Made by a program: the position numbers and the translations under genes. Positions 1 through 8,780 of a stretch of 64,000 nucleotides of DNA are shown here, one piece after another. The notes under the pieces are model-generated. The model saw only the letters and a program-made list of their open reading frames with translations. It was not told the origin of the DNA and searched no databases. The DNA is taken from the IMG/VR virus record IMGVR_UViG_3300046616_000314, positions 124,001-188,000 of that record. One strand, given 5' to 3'. The number at the start of each line of letters is the position of its first letter. Position 1 is the first letter of the stretch.

Positions 1-247
1 TGGCATGAGTAAAATTGCCACCAAGGGCATACATGATGGCGTATGCGATATCGGATGTAATATAGACGCGCCCGGCAACAGGAGCAAGCATACCCTTGCC
101 TTGGGTCTCGCGACCTTTCAGACCTTCGGTAGCAACGACATTGGCTGCACGAGTCGATGACGTGCCGTGATAGTACGTTTTTGCACGAACGTTATCGTCC
201 GGTGCAGCCTCGTCAATTTCGGTACCAAATAATTCGTGAAAACGCAT
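1..247 (-). CDS. ADP-ribosyltransferase-like protein (runs off window), candidate capsid-packaged protein
   Basis: Manual translation MRFHELFGTEIDEAAPDDNVRAKTYYHGTS...GLKG...GRVYITSDIAYAIMYA; YHGT and VYxT..A..YA are ART-fold motifs; TATAAATA at 252-259 just upstream. Confidence 0.65.
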   Translation of the reverse strand, partial: MRFHELFGTEIDEAAPDDNVRAKTYYHGTSSTRAANVVATEGLKGRETQGKGMLAPVAGRVYITSDIAYAIMYALGGNFTHA

Positions 248-250
248 CCA

Positions 251-496
251 TTATTTATAGTGGAGTGCGAACGCCTCGTTAGCTAATCGTTTGGCTTCGA
301 CCATAGCATCTTCTTTGAGCAAGAACGTTTCGCCTACTGCATGTCTAGTCTCAGGCGAATGGATAACGTACGTGCGATTGCTCAGTTCAAGGACATCGAA
401 ACGAATACGAACATCGTCGTATTGTTCATCATTCTCGCGGTCGATTTCATCGGGGAAGACGTGCCAGTGATCGGCAATGGTATTGGGCGGAATCAT
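251..496 (-). CDS. hypothetical protein
   Basis: ORF MIPPNTIADHW...; ATGA overlap with upstream ORF. Confidence 0.5.
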   Translation of the reverse strand: MIPPNTIADHWHVFPDEIDRENDEQYDDVRIRFDVLELSNRTYVIHSPETRHAVGETFLLKEDAMVEAKRLANEAFALHYK

Positions 497-672
497 TCTG
501 GTGGAATCTCCTTGCATAACTCACTCAATTCATCAACGCTTTGAGATAAAACGTTAAACAGTTGATCTAAGCCCTTTTGATTTACATTATTCTTGAGAGC
601 TTCATTATATGCTTTTTGTGCAGCATCAACGGCGGCACTAGCATCAGATAATTTCAAAATAAAATTTGACAT
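493..672 (-). CDS. small helical hypothetical protein (59 aa, not in ORF track)
   Basis: Manual translation MSNFILKLSDASAAVDAAQKAYNEALK...EIPPE; fills the gap and overlaps the next start. Confidence 0.45.
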   Translation of the reverse strand: MSNFILKLSDASAAVDAAQKAYNEALKNNVNQKGLDQLFNVLSQSVDELSELCKEIPPE

Positions 673-846
673 ATATTAATCATATCGAAAAATTACCAAA
701 AATTCAATTTATTTCGCAACCTTTCATCCCGATCACGCACCAAAATTGTATGGACGCGGGGGATTCAGCCCGAATTGTCCATCATAATAGGTGAGCCTGT
801 CACAAACACCCTGGCTCGTCTCCTAATAGATGAAAGGAACCCAAAC

Positions 847-1059
847 ATGCAAATCCTAGAGCTTGATCCCGTGTGGACCCTGAACCTCAACACCAATGAC
901 CTTCGGCTCGTTTTAAAGGCTCTAGGAGGGCGTTTACGAGAGGATGACACCAAGGATGCATTCGACCTTGGAGAACGGCTCACAGAGGCTCGTATCAGCG
1001 TCACACGGTCGCGGCTGAAGGCTATCGACAAGCTAGAGGAAAACTTTCGTAAGCCTTGA
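847..1059 (+). CDS. hypothetical protein
   Basis: MQILELDPVW...; GAAAGGA RBS upstream. Confidence 0.6.
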   Translation: MQILELDPVWTLNLNTNDLRLVLKALGGRLREDDTKDAFDLGERLTEARISVTRSRLKAIDKLEENFRKP

Positions 1060-1083
1060 CAATTTACGGAATTTTGGTAGTCT
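1056..1083 (+). promoter_or_regulatory. sigma70-like promoter driving the 26-gene paralog array
   Basis: TTGACA-N16-TAGTCT with extended TG; ATG 6 nt after the -10 box. Confidence 0.6.
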
Positions 1084-1089
1084 GTTCGA

Positions 1090-1416
1090 ATGAACAAGGT
1101 GGAACTTCATCTTCTCGAAAAAAGCCGCTATGTGGCGCGACCAGGGAAACTCCTAAAGGACTTCCCTGATTGTGCCATTGTGGTGTTGGAGTATCGCATA
1201 TCGTTCTATCAAAATTTCGATATCGAGTCTGTTCACAACGAGATTACTAATCTGGTGATTGGTAAACTTGAAGGTAAATGGTCTCGGCGTAATCCTCATG
1301 GTTGGCAAGAACAACGTGAAATGGGTTACAATATCAGACAAACGTTCCTTTTCGAACGCGAAGAGGACGCGATGATGTTCAAAATTCTAACGAGTGTGCT
1401 CCCCTATGTTCAATAA
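1090..1416 (+). CDS. FxxEEDA-FKLKW family small protein
   Basis: C-terminal FLFEREEDAMMFKIL. Confidence 0.75.
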   Translation: MNKVELHLLEKSRYVARPGKLLKDFPDCAIVVLEYRISFYQNFDIESVHNEITNLVIGKLEGKWSRRNPHGWQEQREMGYNIRQTFLFEREEDAMMFKILTSVLPYVQ

Positions 1417-1867
1417 GCTGGTTGACATCGCGAAAGACGCTTGGAAAACGTTTCGGGAAGACGAGACGATTGCTCGTGTCAACGTGCGTGTGCCTGAGAA
1501 AATGGTCAGCACGGATCAAGATGTTCTCCAACTTCTGGCGCAACTTCGCACCACATGGCGTGCAAATATGGCGACTGGGGCTATTTCTCCTAACACACCG
1601 ATGCCAGTTCCACCGATTCCCGGTATCCACCGGAAGTCTTTCAACATCCAAGCGGGAAGCCAGCAGTCCAATCGCTATGGGCGCCCTGGCAATGCCTATG
1701 ATTGGGCTGAACCAGAAATTCTCGAATGGTTGCAAAAGACCTATCGCTATCCTGTCGTGTTGACCCGCTATTTCGACTACGGGACTCAGCAGCAAGAATA
1801 TCGCGTGACGTTCAAAACGGACGAACATGCGTCGCTGTTCATCCTGCGCTGGGTTGGCAATAAATGA
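1394..1867 (+). CDS. FxxEEDA-FKLKW family protein
   Basis: VTFKTDEHASLFILRW; true start may be slightly downstream. Confidence 0.7.
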   Translation: MCSPMFNKLVDIAKDAWKTFREDETIARVNVRVPEKMVSTDQDVLQLLAQLRTTWRANMATGAISPNTPMPVPPIPGIHRKSFNIQAGSQQSNRYGRPGNAYDWAEPEILEWLQKTYRYPVVLTRYFDYGTQQQEYRVTFKTDEHASLFILRWVGNK

Positions 1868-2109
1868 GCCATGAAATGCTCATAAAACACGCTCTGTTCG
1901 GTAAGGTGTGGTACCCGGTGATCTCTATGGAAGAGGACGTGGGCATACAACCGTCTATCAGCTTTCAAAATTGGGCGAAAAAACATATCGCGGGTTTCGA
2001 ATTGAAAATGATTAAGTGGACCGGTCCCGAACTGTCTTGGATCACTATCAAATTTGAAAACGAAGAAGATGCTTGCCTCTTCAAATTGAAATGGTGCAAC
2101 AATGCATGA
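1864..2109 (+). CDS. FxxEEDA-FKLKW family small protein
   Basis: IKFENEEDACLFKLKW. Confidence 0.75.
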   Translation: MSHEMLIKHALFGKVWYPVISMEEDVGIQPSISFQNWAKKHIAGFELKMIKWTGPELSWITIKFENEEDACLFKLKWCNNA

Positions 2110-2362
2110 GTTTGATTTGAAAGACTGTCATTGGGTTTGGCTACCGATTTCGGTACCGGGGGCTTCTCGTAAAATTGAGTGGCACGCCGACGTGCTTCCC
2201 TGGCTTAAAGCCAATCTGTCAGCCATACCGGATATTGATATGCGGATGTACGACAGGACCCTACCACCGAAGGCTGGTCAATTGAATTTCTGGCAAAAGG
2301 TTGCTTTCTTCGCTACTGAAGAAGACATGGTTGCATTCAAATTGAAGTATGGTGGCGCATGA
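2102..2362 (+). CDS. FxxEEDA-FKLKW family small protein
   Basis: FFATEEDMVAFKLKY. Confidence 0.75.
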   Translation: MHEFDLKDCHWVWLPISVPGASRKIEWHADVLPWLKANLSAIPDIDMRMYDRTLPPKAGQLNFWQKVAFFATEEDMVAFKLKYGGA

Positions 2363-2676
2363 ACCAATTGAGAGTTGTGCTGGAACGGTCGGACCAATTT
2401 CGTGTGTACGAATTCCGCGTAAAGAAAGGCATGTGGATCGGCAACGAAACCGATAGCCCCATTGTTTTCACCGCCGAAGCTGAAGAGTGGCTGACCGCGA
2501 ACAAAATCCGCGTCAAGAGTCTGGATTTGGAACTGGTTCCGCATCCCGAATTCCTGCGTCAAAAAGCCGCTGGTGAACTGGCTCCCGATTACACGGGTTC
2601 TGGTTTGTGGCGCCAAGCTGTCGTTCGTTTCTATTCCAAGAACGATGCAGCGATGTTCCGGCTGAAGTACGCATGA
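2359..2676 (+). CDS. FxxEEDA-FKLKW family small protein
   Basis: RFYSKNDAAMFRLKY. Confidence 0.75.
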   Translation: MNQLRVVLERSDQFRVYEFRVKKGMWIGNETDSPIVFTAEAEEWLTANKIRVKSLDLELVPHPEFLRQKAAGELAPDYTGSGLWRQAVVRFYSKNDAAMFRLKYA

Positions 2677-2891
2677 CATATGTCGCCACGTTTTTCATCG
2701 TAAACACGGATTATCGTGTAATACGTGCGAAAATGGGCGTGCCAGATTTCATGTCTTTCAGTGAAAAAATAAAAGAAGAATTCCCGTCTGCCTCTACTAC
2801 AAAATGGGTTTATCGTCATACGGCAGAATCGGGATTTCATGTGAGCATGTCTGAAGAAGACGGCATCATGTTTAGACTGAAGTATCTATGA
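2673..2891 (+). CDS. FxxEEDA-FKLKW family small protein
   Basis: MSEEDGIMFRLKY; ATGA overlap start. Confidence 0.7.
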   Translation: MTYVATFFIVNTDYRVIRAKMGVPDFMSFSEKIKEEFPSASTTKWVYRHTAESGFHVSMSEEDGIMFRLKYL

Positions 2892-3247
2892 CCGAACCGG
2901 ACTCAATCAATTCATCGTACTACAAATGGTATTACGTTTTTGCAGAACAACCCATGGGCATGACCGATCATTTTCTTAGAGCGACCCACAAGTTCAAGCA
3001 CGTGTGGACAGATCGCATTCTCCAAGGTCCAGCGGGCGCATATATTGAGCGTGGTTTCAACGATGAGATTCTTGCGTGGATGGAAGCAACGGGATTCGAA
3101 TGCTGGTTCGAAGAACGCATGAGATCGAACGATGAACTTCTCTATTATTCAGATGGTTCGCCCGTTCTGGTTCCGCGATTGGTTATCGTATTCCATTCGG
3201 ACGAAGATGCCGTATTGTTCAAAGTGAAGTGGATGATTGCGAAATGA
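2888..3247 (+). CDS. FxxEEDA-FKLKW family small protein
   Basis: VFHSDEDAVLFKVKW. Confidence 0.75.
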   Translation: MTEPDSINSSYYKWYYVFAEQPMGMTDHFLRATHKFKHVWTDRILQGPAGAYIERGFNDEILAWMEATGFECWFEERMRSNDELLYYSDGSPVLVPRLVIVFHSDEDAVLFKVKWMIAK

Positions 3248-3537
3248 GTGACGATTATATTGCGATCACCGATCACCGAACCGGAAACCTTATCGTTGGA
3301 TACGAGGCAACGTGTCAGTTTCAACGGGACAATCGGTTCCATGGAAACGTGACGTTTAAACCAGACATCAAAGAATGGATCGAAATGACCGGTTGCAAAT
3401 GCAAGATCGAGAAACAGTCGATCTCGCTTTTGAAACTCCAATATTCGGATGGCTCGCTGGTTAAGTCGAATCGTTGGGTGATTGCTTTCGGGTCAGCCGA
3501 AGATCGACTTCTTTTCAAGATTAAATGGAAAGTATGA
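3244..3537 (+). CDS. FxxEEDA-FKLKW family small protein
   Basis: AFGSAEDRLLFKIKW; shares YSDGS with previous ORF. Confidence 0.75.
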   Translation: MSDDYIAITDHRTGNLIVGYEATCQFQRDNRFHGNVTFKPDIKEWIEMTGCKCKIEKQSISLLKLQYSDGSLVKSNRWVIAFGSAEDRLLFKIKWKV

Positions 3538-3773
3538 GCAACTTCACCGACATCGATTTAAACGGTGCTCATTTTTTACGTGGCGGCTATAACGGTCGTG
3601 TGTTCGTAGAACATATGACAAATGGTTCCGTGTACTTCATGTACGATGTTGAAGATTGGTTGAAAAAGCAAGAAATCCATGCTACGATTTTCAATTCTCC
3701 AAGCGGTAGAATAGTGACAGTTAGGTTTTCCAACGACAGCGACGCGGCTCTGTTCAGATTGAAATGGCTATGA
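3534..3773 (+). CDS. FxxEEDA-FKLKW family small protein
   Basis: RFSNDSDAALFRLKWL. Confidence 0.75.
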   Translation: MSNFTDIDLNGAHFLRGGYNGRVFVEHMTNGSVYFMYDVEDWLKKQEIHATIFNSPSGRIVTVRFSNDSDAALFRLKWL

Positions 3774-4066
3774 GTATTACGATCTCACCTTCGACACGCA
3801 ACAAGCTGTTCTATCGGCTGTACTCGTCATCGTACGCCGAAGGGTTCTTGAGTTTCGACCGGGACCACACTGGATTGGTCACGGTCCTGAACCCAGATAT
3901 CGCCGAATGGTGTGAGGCGAACCTTGCGGCTGTTCCTCTGCCCTTCCACGATGGTCATCAAATGCTGTCGGATGGACCCGCTGCAAACTATCTGATCTTC
4001 AAGAACGAGGACGATATGTCTTTGTTTCATATGAAGTTTTCAGAGCGCAATACACCAAGACGATGA
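3770..4066 (+). CDS. FxxEEDA-FKLKW family small protein
   Basis: IFKNEDDMSLFHMKF. Confidence 0.75.
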   Translation: MSITISPSTRNKLFYRLYSSSYAEGFLSFDRDHTGLVTVLNPDIAEWCEANLAAVPLPFHDGHQMLSDGPAANYLIFKNEDDMSLFHMKFSERNTPRR

Positions 4067-4344
4067 ATTTGCTTTTTTGGCAGCGCAAATTTTCCGTTGG
4101 AATCAATTACGATTTCATGCTGGCGTACCTGTATCGCAGCGTGGGAAATCTGAACGATAAATTTTATCCCAAGCAAGAATTAGACACATGGTGGAAAAAG
4201 AATATTCCGTATTCTTTCAAAGCTACGATGTTAGGTTCGTGGGCTCGTCAGGCTTTGGGCGCCACAGATAGCAATATCGATGTTGTGGAAATTCTTTTTA
4301 AAACCGAAGCTGACGCATTAATGTTTCGGTTGAAATGGCTATGA
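4063..4344 (+). CDS. FxxEEDA-FKLKW family small protein
   Basis: LFKTEADALMFRLKWL. Confidence 0.75.
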   Translation: MNLLFWQRKFSVGINYDFMLAYLYRSVGNLNDKFYPKQELDTWWKKNIPYSFKATMLGSWARQALGATDSNIDVVEILFKTEADALMFRLKWL

Positions 4345-4604
4345 TTATTCCTTGGTGTTTTAAGCGTTATAAGCATTCGGTCAAAGTCGGTTATGATTTC
4401 GTATTGAAGAACCTGCGGCGGCGCCCGTTAGGCTATGGTGGCGGCTTTGTCCCTCAGTATGATCTAGAAATGTGGTGGTTCAAAAATATGCCATATCATT
4501 TCAGAGCAAAAATACTTGGCTCATGGGATGAAGCAATTACGACTGTAGAAATTCTATTCAAATCCGAAGAACACGCAATGCTGTTTAGGTTGAAATGGCT
4601 ATGA
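4341..4604 (+). CDS. FxxEEDA-FKLKW family small protein (close paralog of 4063-4344)
   Basis: LFKSEEHAMLFRLKWL. Confidence 0.75.
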   Translation: MIIPWCFKRYKHSVKVGYDFVLKNLRRRPLGYGGGFVPQYDLEMWWFKNMPYHFRAKILGSWDEAITTVEILFKSEEHAMLFRLKWL

Positions 4605-4942
4605 TTTTCGATCTCAAGGCACGGCGCAAGTATCCACATAGTTTCGTGGCGTATGATCATACGCTATCGGATCGATATTTTCTGTTGATTCATGACATCC
4701 GCGAGTATGTCAAGTCTCGGACTGACAATGCTTTTGTTGTTGATTCGCTACCTATGTACTTGCGACACTTTCCCAAAGCCATGCAACTACAGATGTTACA
4801 AACATGGGAAAAACAACGCGAGTCGTGGCAGCATAAGCACCCGATCAACACCACAAAATTTCAACTGAAAACCTATAACCGTTTCGTCGCTGCATTTGAG
4901 ACAGCCGATGATCTAGTCATGTTCAAACTCAAATGGCTCTAA
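4601..4942 (+). CDS. FxxEEDA-FKLKW family small protein
   Basis: AFETADDLVMFKLKWL. Confidence 0.75.
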   Translation: MIFDLKARRKYPHSFVAYDHTLSDRYFLLIHDIREYVKSRTDNAFVVDSLPMYLRHFPKAMQLQMLQTWEKQRESWQHKHPINTTKFQLKTYNRFVAAFETADDLVMFKLKWL

Positions 4943-5211
4943 GAGATTTCTTCTTCCCCTGGAAATATCCGCTCATCCTTTCCAACGACTTCATTGTGGA
5001 AAACGCGAGCGCGATGCGTGACGAAATTTGGTGGGCGCCAGAAATTCAGGAATGGCTTGACATTTCTATCCCTTCTGGTGTTAAATTGGTAAGGAAGAAA
5101 GAAAAGACGTTTATTGGTGGTTTGGGTCAGCGCATTACCAAACGTATCAACATCGTTTATTTCAAACGTGAAGAAGACCGTCTGATGTTCAAGTTGAAGT
5201 GGGCGAAATGA
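4933..5211 (+). CDS. FxxEEDA-FKLKW family small protein
   Basis: YFKREEDRLMFKLKW. Confidence 0.75.
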   Translation: MALRDFFFPWKYPLILSNDFIVENASAMRDEIWWAPEIQEWLDISIPSGVKLVRKKEKTFIGGLGQRITKRINIVYFKREEDRLMFKLKWAK

Positions 5212-5441
5212 AGATTTTTTGGAACATTATCCCGTATCGCCCCATGCTCGAAATGAAAGAGTCGTGGAAGGCAGACATGCGCGTCAAGCACGGGACGGCT
5301 GACGAGCTTCACGCAAAGTTGTCGGAATGGATCGAGTTTTCCATGCCGTATTCACCCCTCGCCAAAGAACATAAAGGCAAGGACTACCTTTGGTTCAAGA
5401 GTGATAAGCACGCGGCGGTCTTCAAACTTAAGTGGCTATAA
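5208..5441 (+). CDS. FxxEEDA-FKLKW family small protein
   Basis: WFKSDKHAAVFKLKWL. Confidence 0.75.
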   Translation: MKIFWNIIPYRPMLEMKESWKADMRVKHGTADELHAKLSEWIEFSMPYSPLAKEHKGKDYLWFKSDKHAAVFKLKWL

Positions 5442-5442
5442 T

Positions 5443-5763
5443 ATGATCAAATACTTACCTCGATTTTTTAAACTCAAGGTTCCTGCGAAATACATCAACA
5501 AGCGTTTTGCCAGAAACGTCCGTGATGCCCTGGAACAGACCTACGCGATTGCTTCGGGGCAAGCGAGCGTAGAAGACTACCTTCCCAATTGGGAAAACCG
5601 CGAGGTTGATTCGTGGTGTGAACGGCACTTCGGTTATATCCCCAAAATCAAGGCTACCGCTGTTCAATGGGAAACTCGTTTAGACGACGATTCGGGCGTC
5701 CGGTTCAGTACAAGTTTTCTAACTCCAACCCACGCTATGCTTTTCCGTTTAAGATGGCTATAG
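5443..5763 (+). CDS. FxxEEDA-FKLKW family small protein
   Basis: SFLTPTHAMLFRLRWL. Confidence 0.72.
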   Translation: MIKYLPRFFKLKVPAKYINKRFARNVRDALEQTYAIASGQASVEDYLPNWENREVDSWCERHFGYIPKIKATAVQWETRLDDDSGVRFSTSFLTPTHAMLFRLRWL

Positions 5764-5972
5764 CGTTCTGGCATCGGAGAACCAAGGTTTCGCCCAAATA
5801 CTTGATGGATTCAACCATGATGTTTTGGTGCCTGCATAATCTTGGTTACACCCCAGAACGGATGTACAAATCGGTTTTACTTGTTGGCGAAAAACTAGTA
5901 ACATCGGATTATCTGACGTTTAGAACGTCACGTGATCTATTTCTGTTTTCGGTGTGTGCGCTAGAAAAATGA
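5754..5972 (+). CDS. FxxEEDA-FKLKW family small protein (divergent)
   Basis: WC...GYxP and TFRTSRDLFLF. Confidence 0.62.
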   Translation: MAIAFWHRRTKVSPKYLMDSTMMFWCLHNLGYTPERMYKSVLLVGEKLVTSDYLTFRTSRDLFLFSVCALEK

Positions 5973-6253
5973 AACGCTTCCTACCCAAGTTCTACAGAGT
6001 AGACATTCCTCCGAAGATGGCTGGGGGTGCTTGGGTAGATTTGCCTTCGTCGCAACAACGATATTACTCAGTCTATTTCCATAACCCCGATATCCTCCAA
6101 TGGTGTGTTAGAGAACTGGGTTACGTTCCCGAACTGGTTCAACATGATCGCGGGCGGACGATTAGTGGTGGCTATACCCCTATCGTCTTCAATTATTATA
6201 TCAAGCTTGCCACCAAGCATGACGTTGTGATGTTCAAACTGAAATGGCTATAA
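5969..6253 (+). CDS. FxxEEDA-FKLKW family small protein
   Basis: WCVRELGYVP...ATKHDVVMFKLKWL. Confidence 0.75.
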   Translation: MKRFLPKFYRVDIPPKMAGGAWVDLPSSQQRYYSVYFHNPDILQWCVRELGYVPELVQHDRGRTISGGYTPIVFNYYIKLATKHDVVMFKLKWL

Positions 6254-6501
6254 TCCTCAGACCGATGGCTGACATGCCCGAAGATGGTACGGCAATTGCC
6301 GTCGTCTTCGATGATCTGATTCGCTTTGGTTCAGTCACAACGAATGCATCAGTGGTGAAATTCTTCGCGGATAACGCTTTCAATGAATGGTGTGACGCTA
6401 TGCTTTCGCGTCGTCCATATGTCCGCGACTCTCTGTATAGAGTTTGGTTTCAATTCGCCAATAGCGACGATGCCGCAATTTTCAAACTTACGTTCAAATA
6501 A
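6244..6501 (+). CDS. FxxEEDA-FKLKW family small protein
   Basis: QFANSDDAAIFKLTF. Confidence 0.75.
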   Translation: MAIILRPMADMPEDGTAIAVVFDDLIRFGSVTTNASVVKFFADNAFNEWCDAMLSRRPYVRDSLYRVWFQFANSDDAAIFKLTFK

Positions 6502-6860
6502 TGCCGAGTGCTCAATACATTAAGTGGCTGACGCCCGTTGAACCATTTGTTCATCGGGTTCCAGGGATCGTATCGTATCATCGGATGCTGTATCGGAAGA
6601 GTAATCCGCCGGTCGTGCCGCCCAAGTGCGCCAATACGTTTTATACGTATGCGGAAGACCGGCGGTTGGTGAATATTGCTCCGTTCATTGCTCCAAAGAT
6701 GGAAAGATGGTTGCAGGAGAAAACCGAAGGTAGATATTTCTTGGTCATGCGTAACAAGAACAACATTCTACCGGGTATCTATTTTGAAGATGAAAACGAT
6801 GCGGTCTATTTCGCATTGGCATGGAATACTAAGCAGAGACATCGACGTGAACACAGATAA
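6501..6860 (+). CDS. FxxEEDA-FKLKW family small protein
   Basis: YFEDENDAVYFALAW. Confidence 0.75.
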   Translation: MPSAQYIKWLTPVEPFVHRVPGIVSYHRMLYRKSNPPVVPPKCANTFYTYAEDRRLVNIAPFIAPKMERWLQEKTEGRYFLVMRNKNNILPGIYFEDENDAVYFALAWNTKQRHRREHR

Positions 6861-7140
6861 ATGGCGTTATGAATTCGATAAAGATAGGTGGTTCTCATCG
6901 CGTTATCACGGCAAGTATGAGAATTTCTCACTGATCGAAAAGCCACAAATCATGCAAGAAATAAAACTTAATGGTGGTGTTGTTTCAATCGATTGGGAGC
7001 GTATTGCCATATGGTGCCGGGATAAATTTGGCAAATTGCCACTGATCTTGACCCAAGGCGATTATCTAGGTATTGTGCTTCCAACGGACGAAGACGCCCT
7101 AATGTTTAGGCTCAAGTTCTCGGAATTGTTCAGTATATGA
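6847..7140 (+). CDS. FxxEEDA-FKLKW family small protein
   Basis: LPTDEDALMFRLKF; GTG start inferred. Confidence 0.68.
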   Translation: MNTDKWRYEFDKDRWFSSRYHGKYENFSLIEKPQIMQEIKLNGGVVSIDWERIAIWCRDKFGKLPLILTQGDYLGIVLPTDEDALMFRLKFSELFSI

Positions 7141-7493
7141 CTTCGAAAATCTTGGTTCACGTTAATAGACCAACACGAACCGCGATCCTTTCTAAGACTG
7201 ATAATTTCGCCTCTGAGGCGGATCGACCCGCCGTGCTTGATCCTGACTTCATTGACTGGTGTAAGACCACTCTACGGGGCTCCTGCGAAGCCGTGAAGGC
7301 ACGCATGGACCAATGCGGCGAGCTACCAGACGATTCTTTCACTAAGCGTCAGTTATGGTTCAATCAAGGCGCGCTGAATGCGAAGCCTCCGAATCCTCTG
7401 CATTGGTTTCATCGTCTGGTGCTGTATTTCGAATACGAAGAAGACGCCACCATGTTCCGTTTGAAGTGGAGCGTTCCCGAAAATGAGTTATAA
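7137..7493 (+). CDS. FxxEEDA-FKLKW family small protein
   Basis: YFEYEEDATMFRLKW. Confidence 0.75.
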   Translation: MTSKILVHVNRPTRTAILSKTDNFASEADRPAVLDPDFIDWCKTTLRGSCEAVKARMDQCGELPDDSFTKRQLWFNQGALNAKPPNPLHWFHRLVLYFEYEEDATMFRLKWSVPENEL

Positions 7494-7818
7494 CGTTCGT
7501 GGAATCGGCATAGTTACAGGCAGATCACTAACCGATAGGGATTGGAAGGGTGAGTGGAAGAACGTCGAAACTCTTCCGCCCTTTATTCTGTACCATTCGG
7601 GTCACTGGAAATATAGTTCCAAGATCGACTGGCAGGGTACTTTCATATGGTGTTCTGCGAACATCAAGAATTTCAGTGCCTTCGCCATCAGAACTGAATC
7701 ACTATCGGGTCCTAACGTTGGATGCCTGTCATTCGATACTGAAGAAGATCGCATGTTGTGCAGAATGAAATTTCCAGATTGGGATTTCATTCCGGCTGAT
7801 ATGGTGCTGCACACATGA
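7483..7818 (+). CDS. FxxEEDA-FKLKW family small protein
   Basis: SFDTEEDRMLCRMKF. Confidence 0.75.
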   Translation: MSYNVRGIGIVTGRSLTDRDWKGEWKNVETLPPFILYHSGHWKYSSKIDWQGTFIWCSANIKNFSAFAIRTESLSGPNVGCLSFDTEEDRMLCRMKFPDWDFIPADMVLHT

Positions 7819-8123
7819 GAATGCGTTACATCGTCCCAAGCGCGGCAGGAAACCGCCTAGTCTGGTATGGCGAATGGCTTAGGGTTTCTGCCGTTCCGCC
7901 GAATTCGCTCATTCTACCCACACAAAATGTGGCAGAGAGCGTTAATCTCGCACACTGGTTTGAATGCCAGAAATGGGCGAAGGAAAATTTTGGCTATTTC
8001 GAAACCTTCGGTCTCGATACAATAATAGTGCGCCAGTCGCCGCTTTGGGGCGCCCATTTCGAAACCGAAGATGACATGCTATTGTTCAAACTGAAATTCA
8101 ATCGATGGCAGATTTTCGAATGA
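7815..8123 (+). CDS. FxxEEDA-FKLKW family small protein
   Basis: HFETEDDMLLFKLKF. Confidence 0.75.
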   Translation: MRMRYIVPSAAGNRLVWYGEWLRVSAVPPNSLILPTQNVAESVNLAHWFECQKWAKENFGYFETFGLDTIIVRQSPLWGAHFETEDDMLLFKLKFNRWQIFE

Positions 8124-8452
8124 TTACCCGGCACGTTGCTCAACCAACGAAGAAACGTTGGCACAATACCGAACGGCAGTTCGTTCGCGTAAATGGGCAA
8201 GTGATCAAACACCTTTTACTAGATTGTGCCAGGAACCCGTATTTCTGGGTGCTAGTCGATATCATGCATTTTCAACCGTATGACGATACGTTTTGGTATG
8301 ACATGCTGCATTGGGGTAGCGAGAATTTTGAGAAGCAACCCGTGGTCCTGTTTCAGAATCATTATTCCGCTATTTTATTTTGCAGCGATGAAGACGCGCT
8401 GCTTTTTAAACTGAAATTCTCTGGGCGGTATACCGCGAGTATGAGCCAATGA
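8120..8452 (+). CDS. FxxEEDA-FKLKW family small protein
   Basis: LFCSDEDALLFKLKF. Confidence 0.75.
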   Translation: MITRHVAQPTKKRWHNTERQFVRVNGQVIKHLLLDCARNPYFWVLVDIMHFQPYDDTFWYDMLHWGSENFEKQPVVLFQNHYSAILFCSDEDALLFKLKFSGRYTASMSQ

Positions 8453-8778
8453 AAGGCGCAATCACATTATACTTTCGGGAGAGTCCCGAAGCGACGTGCT
8501 GGACCGTAAAGGATCGTGACAAATACGTCATGGTCAACGGTAAGACATTTCGCAATCTGGTAAAGGATTGCGTTAAGAATCCGTTTCCATATATCCTTAT
8601 CGATCATGACAAGCACATGGTTGATACGAATATTTGGAATGAAGTTCTGCCATGCACCAAATGGGAAAAATTTCCGACCATTTTGGCACAATGTCAGTTC
8701 ATCCTCGTGCTATTTCATAGCGAGGACGATGCCGTGATGTTCAAGATCATGTTCTCGAAATATTTTAAGGGAGAATAG
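8449..8778 (+). CDS. FxxEEDA-FKLKW family small protein (paralog of 8120-8452)
   Basis: LFHSEDDAVMFKIMF. Confidence 0.75.
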   Translation: MKGAITLYFRESPEATCWTVKDRDKYVMVNGKTFRNLVKDCVKNPFPYILIDHDKHMVDTNIWNEVLPCTKWEKFPTILAQCQFILVLFHSEDDAVMFKIMFSKYFKGE

Positions 8779-8780
8779 AA

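Noticed and set aside
1090-8778. Array as CRISPR, integron cassettes or DGR targets
   Set aside because: No non-coding repeats, spacers or attC-like palindromes between genes; no cas, integrase or reverse transcriptase in the window. The repeat is a coding motif.
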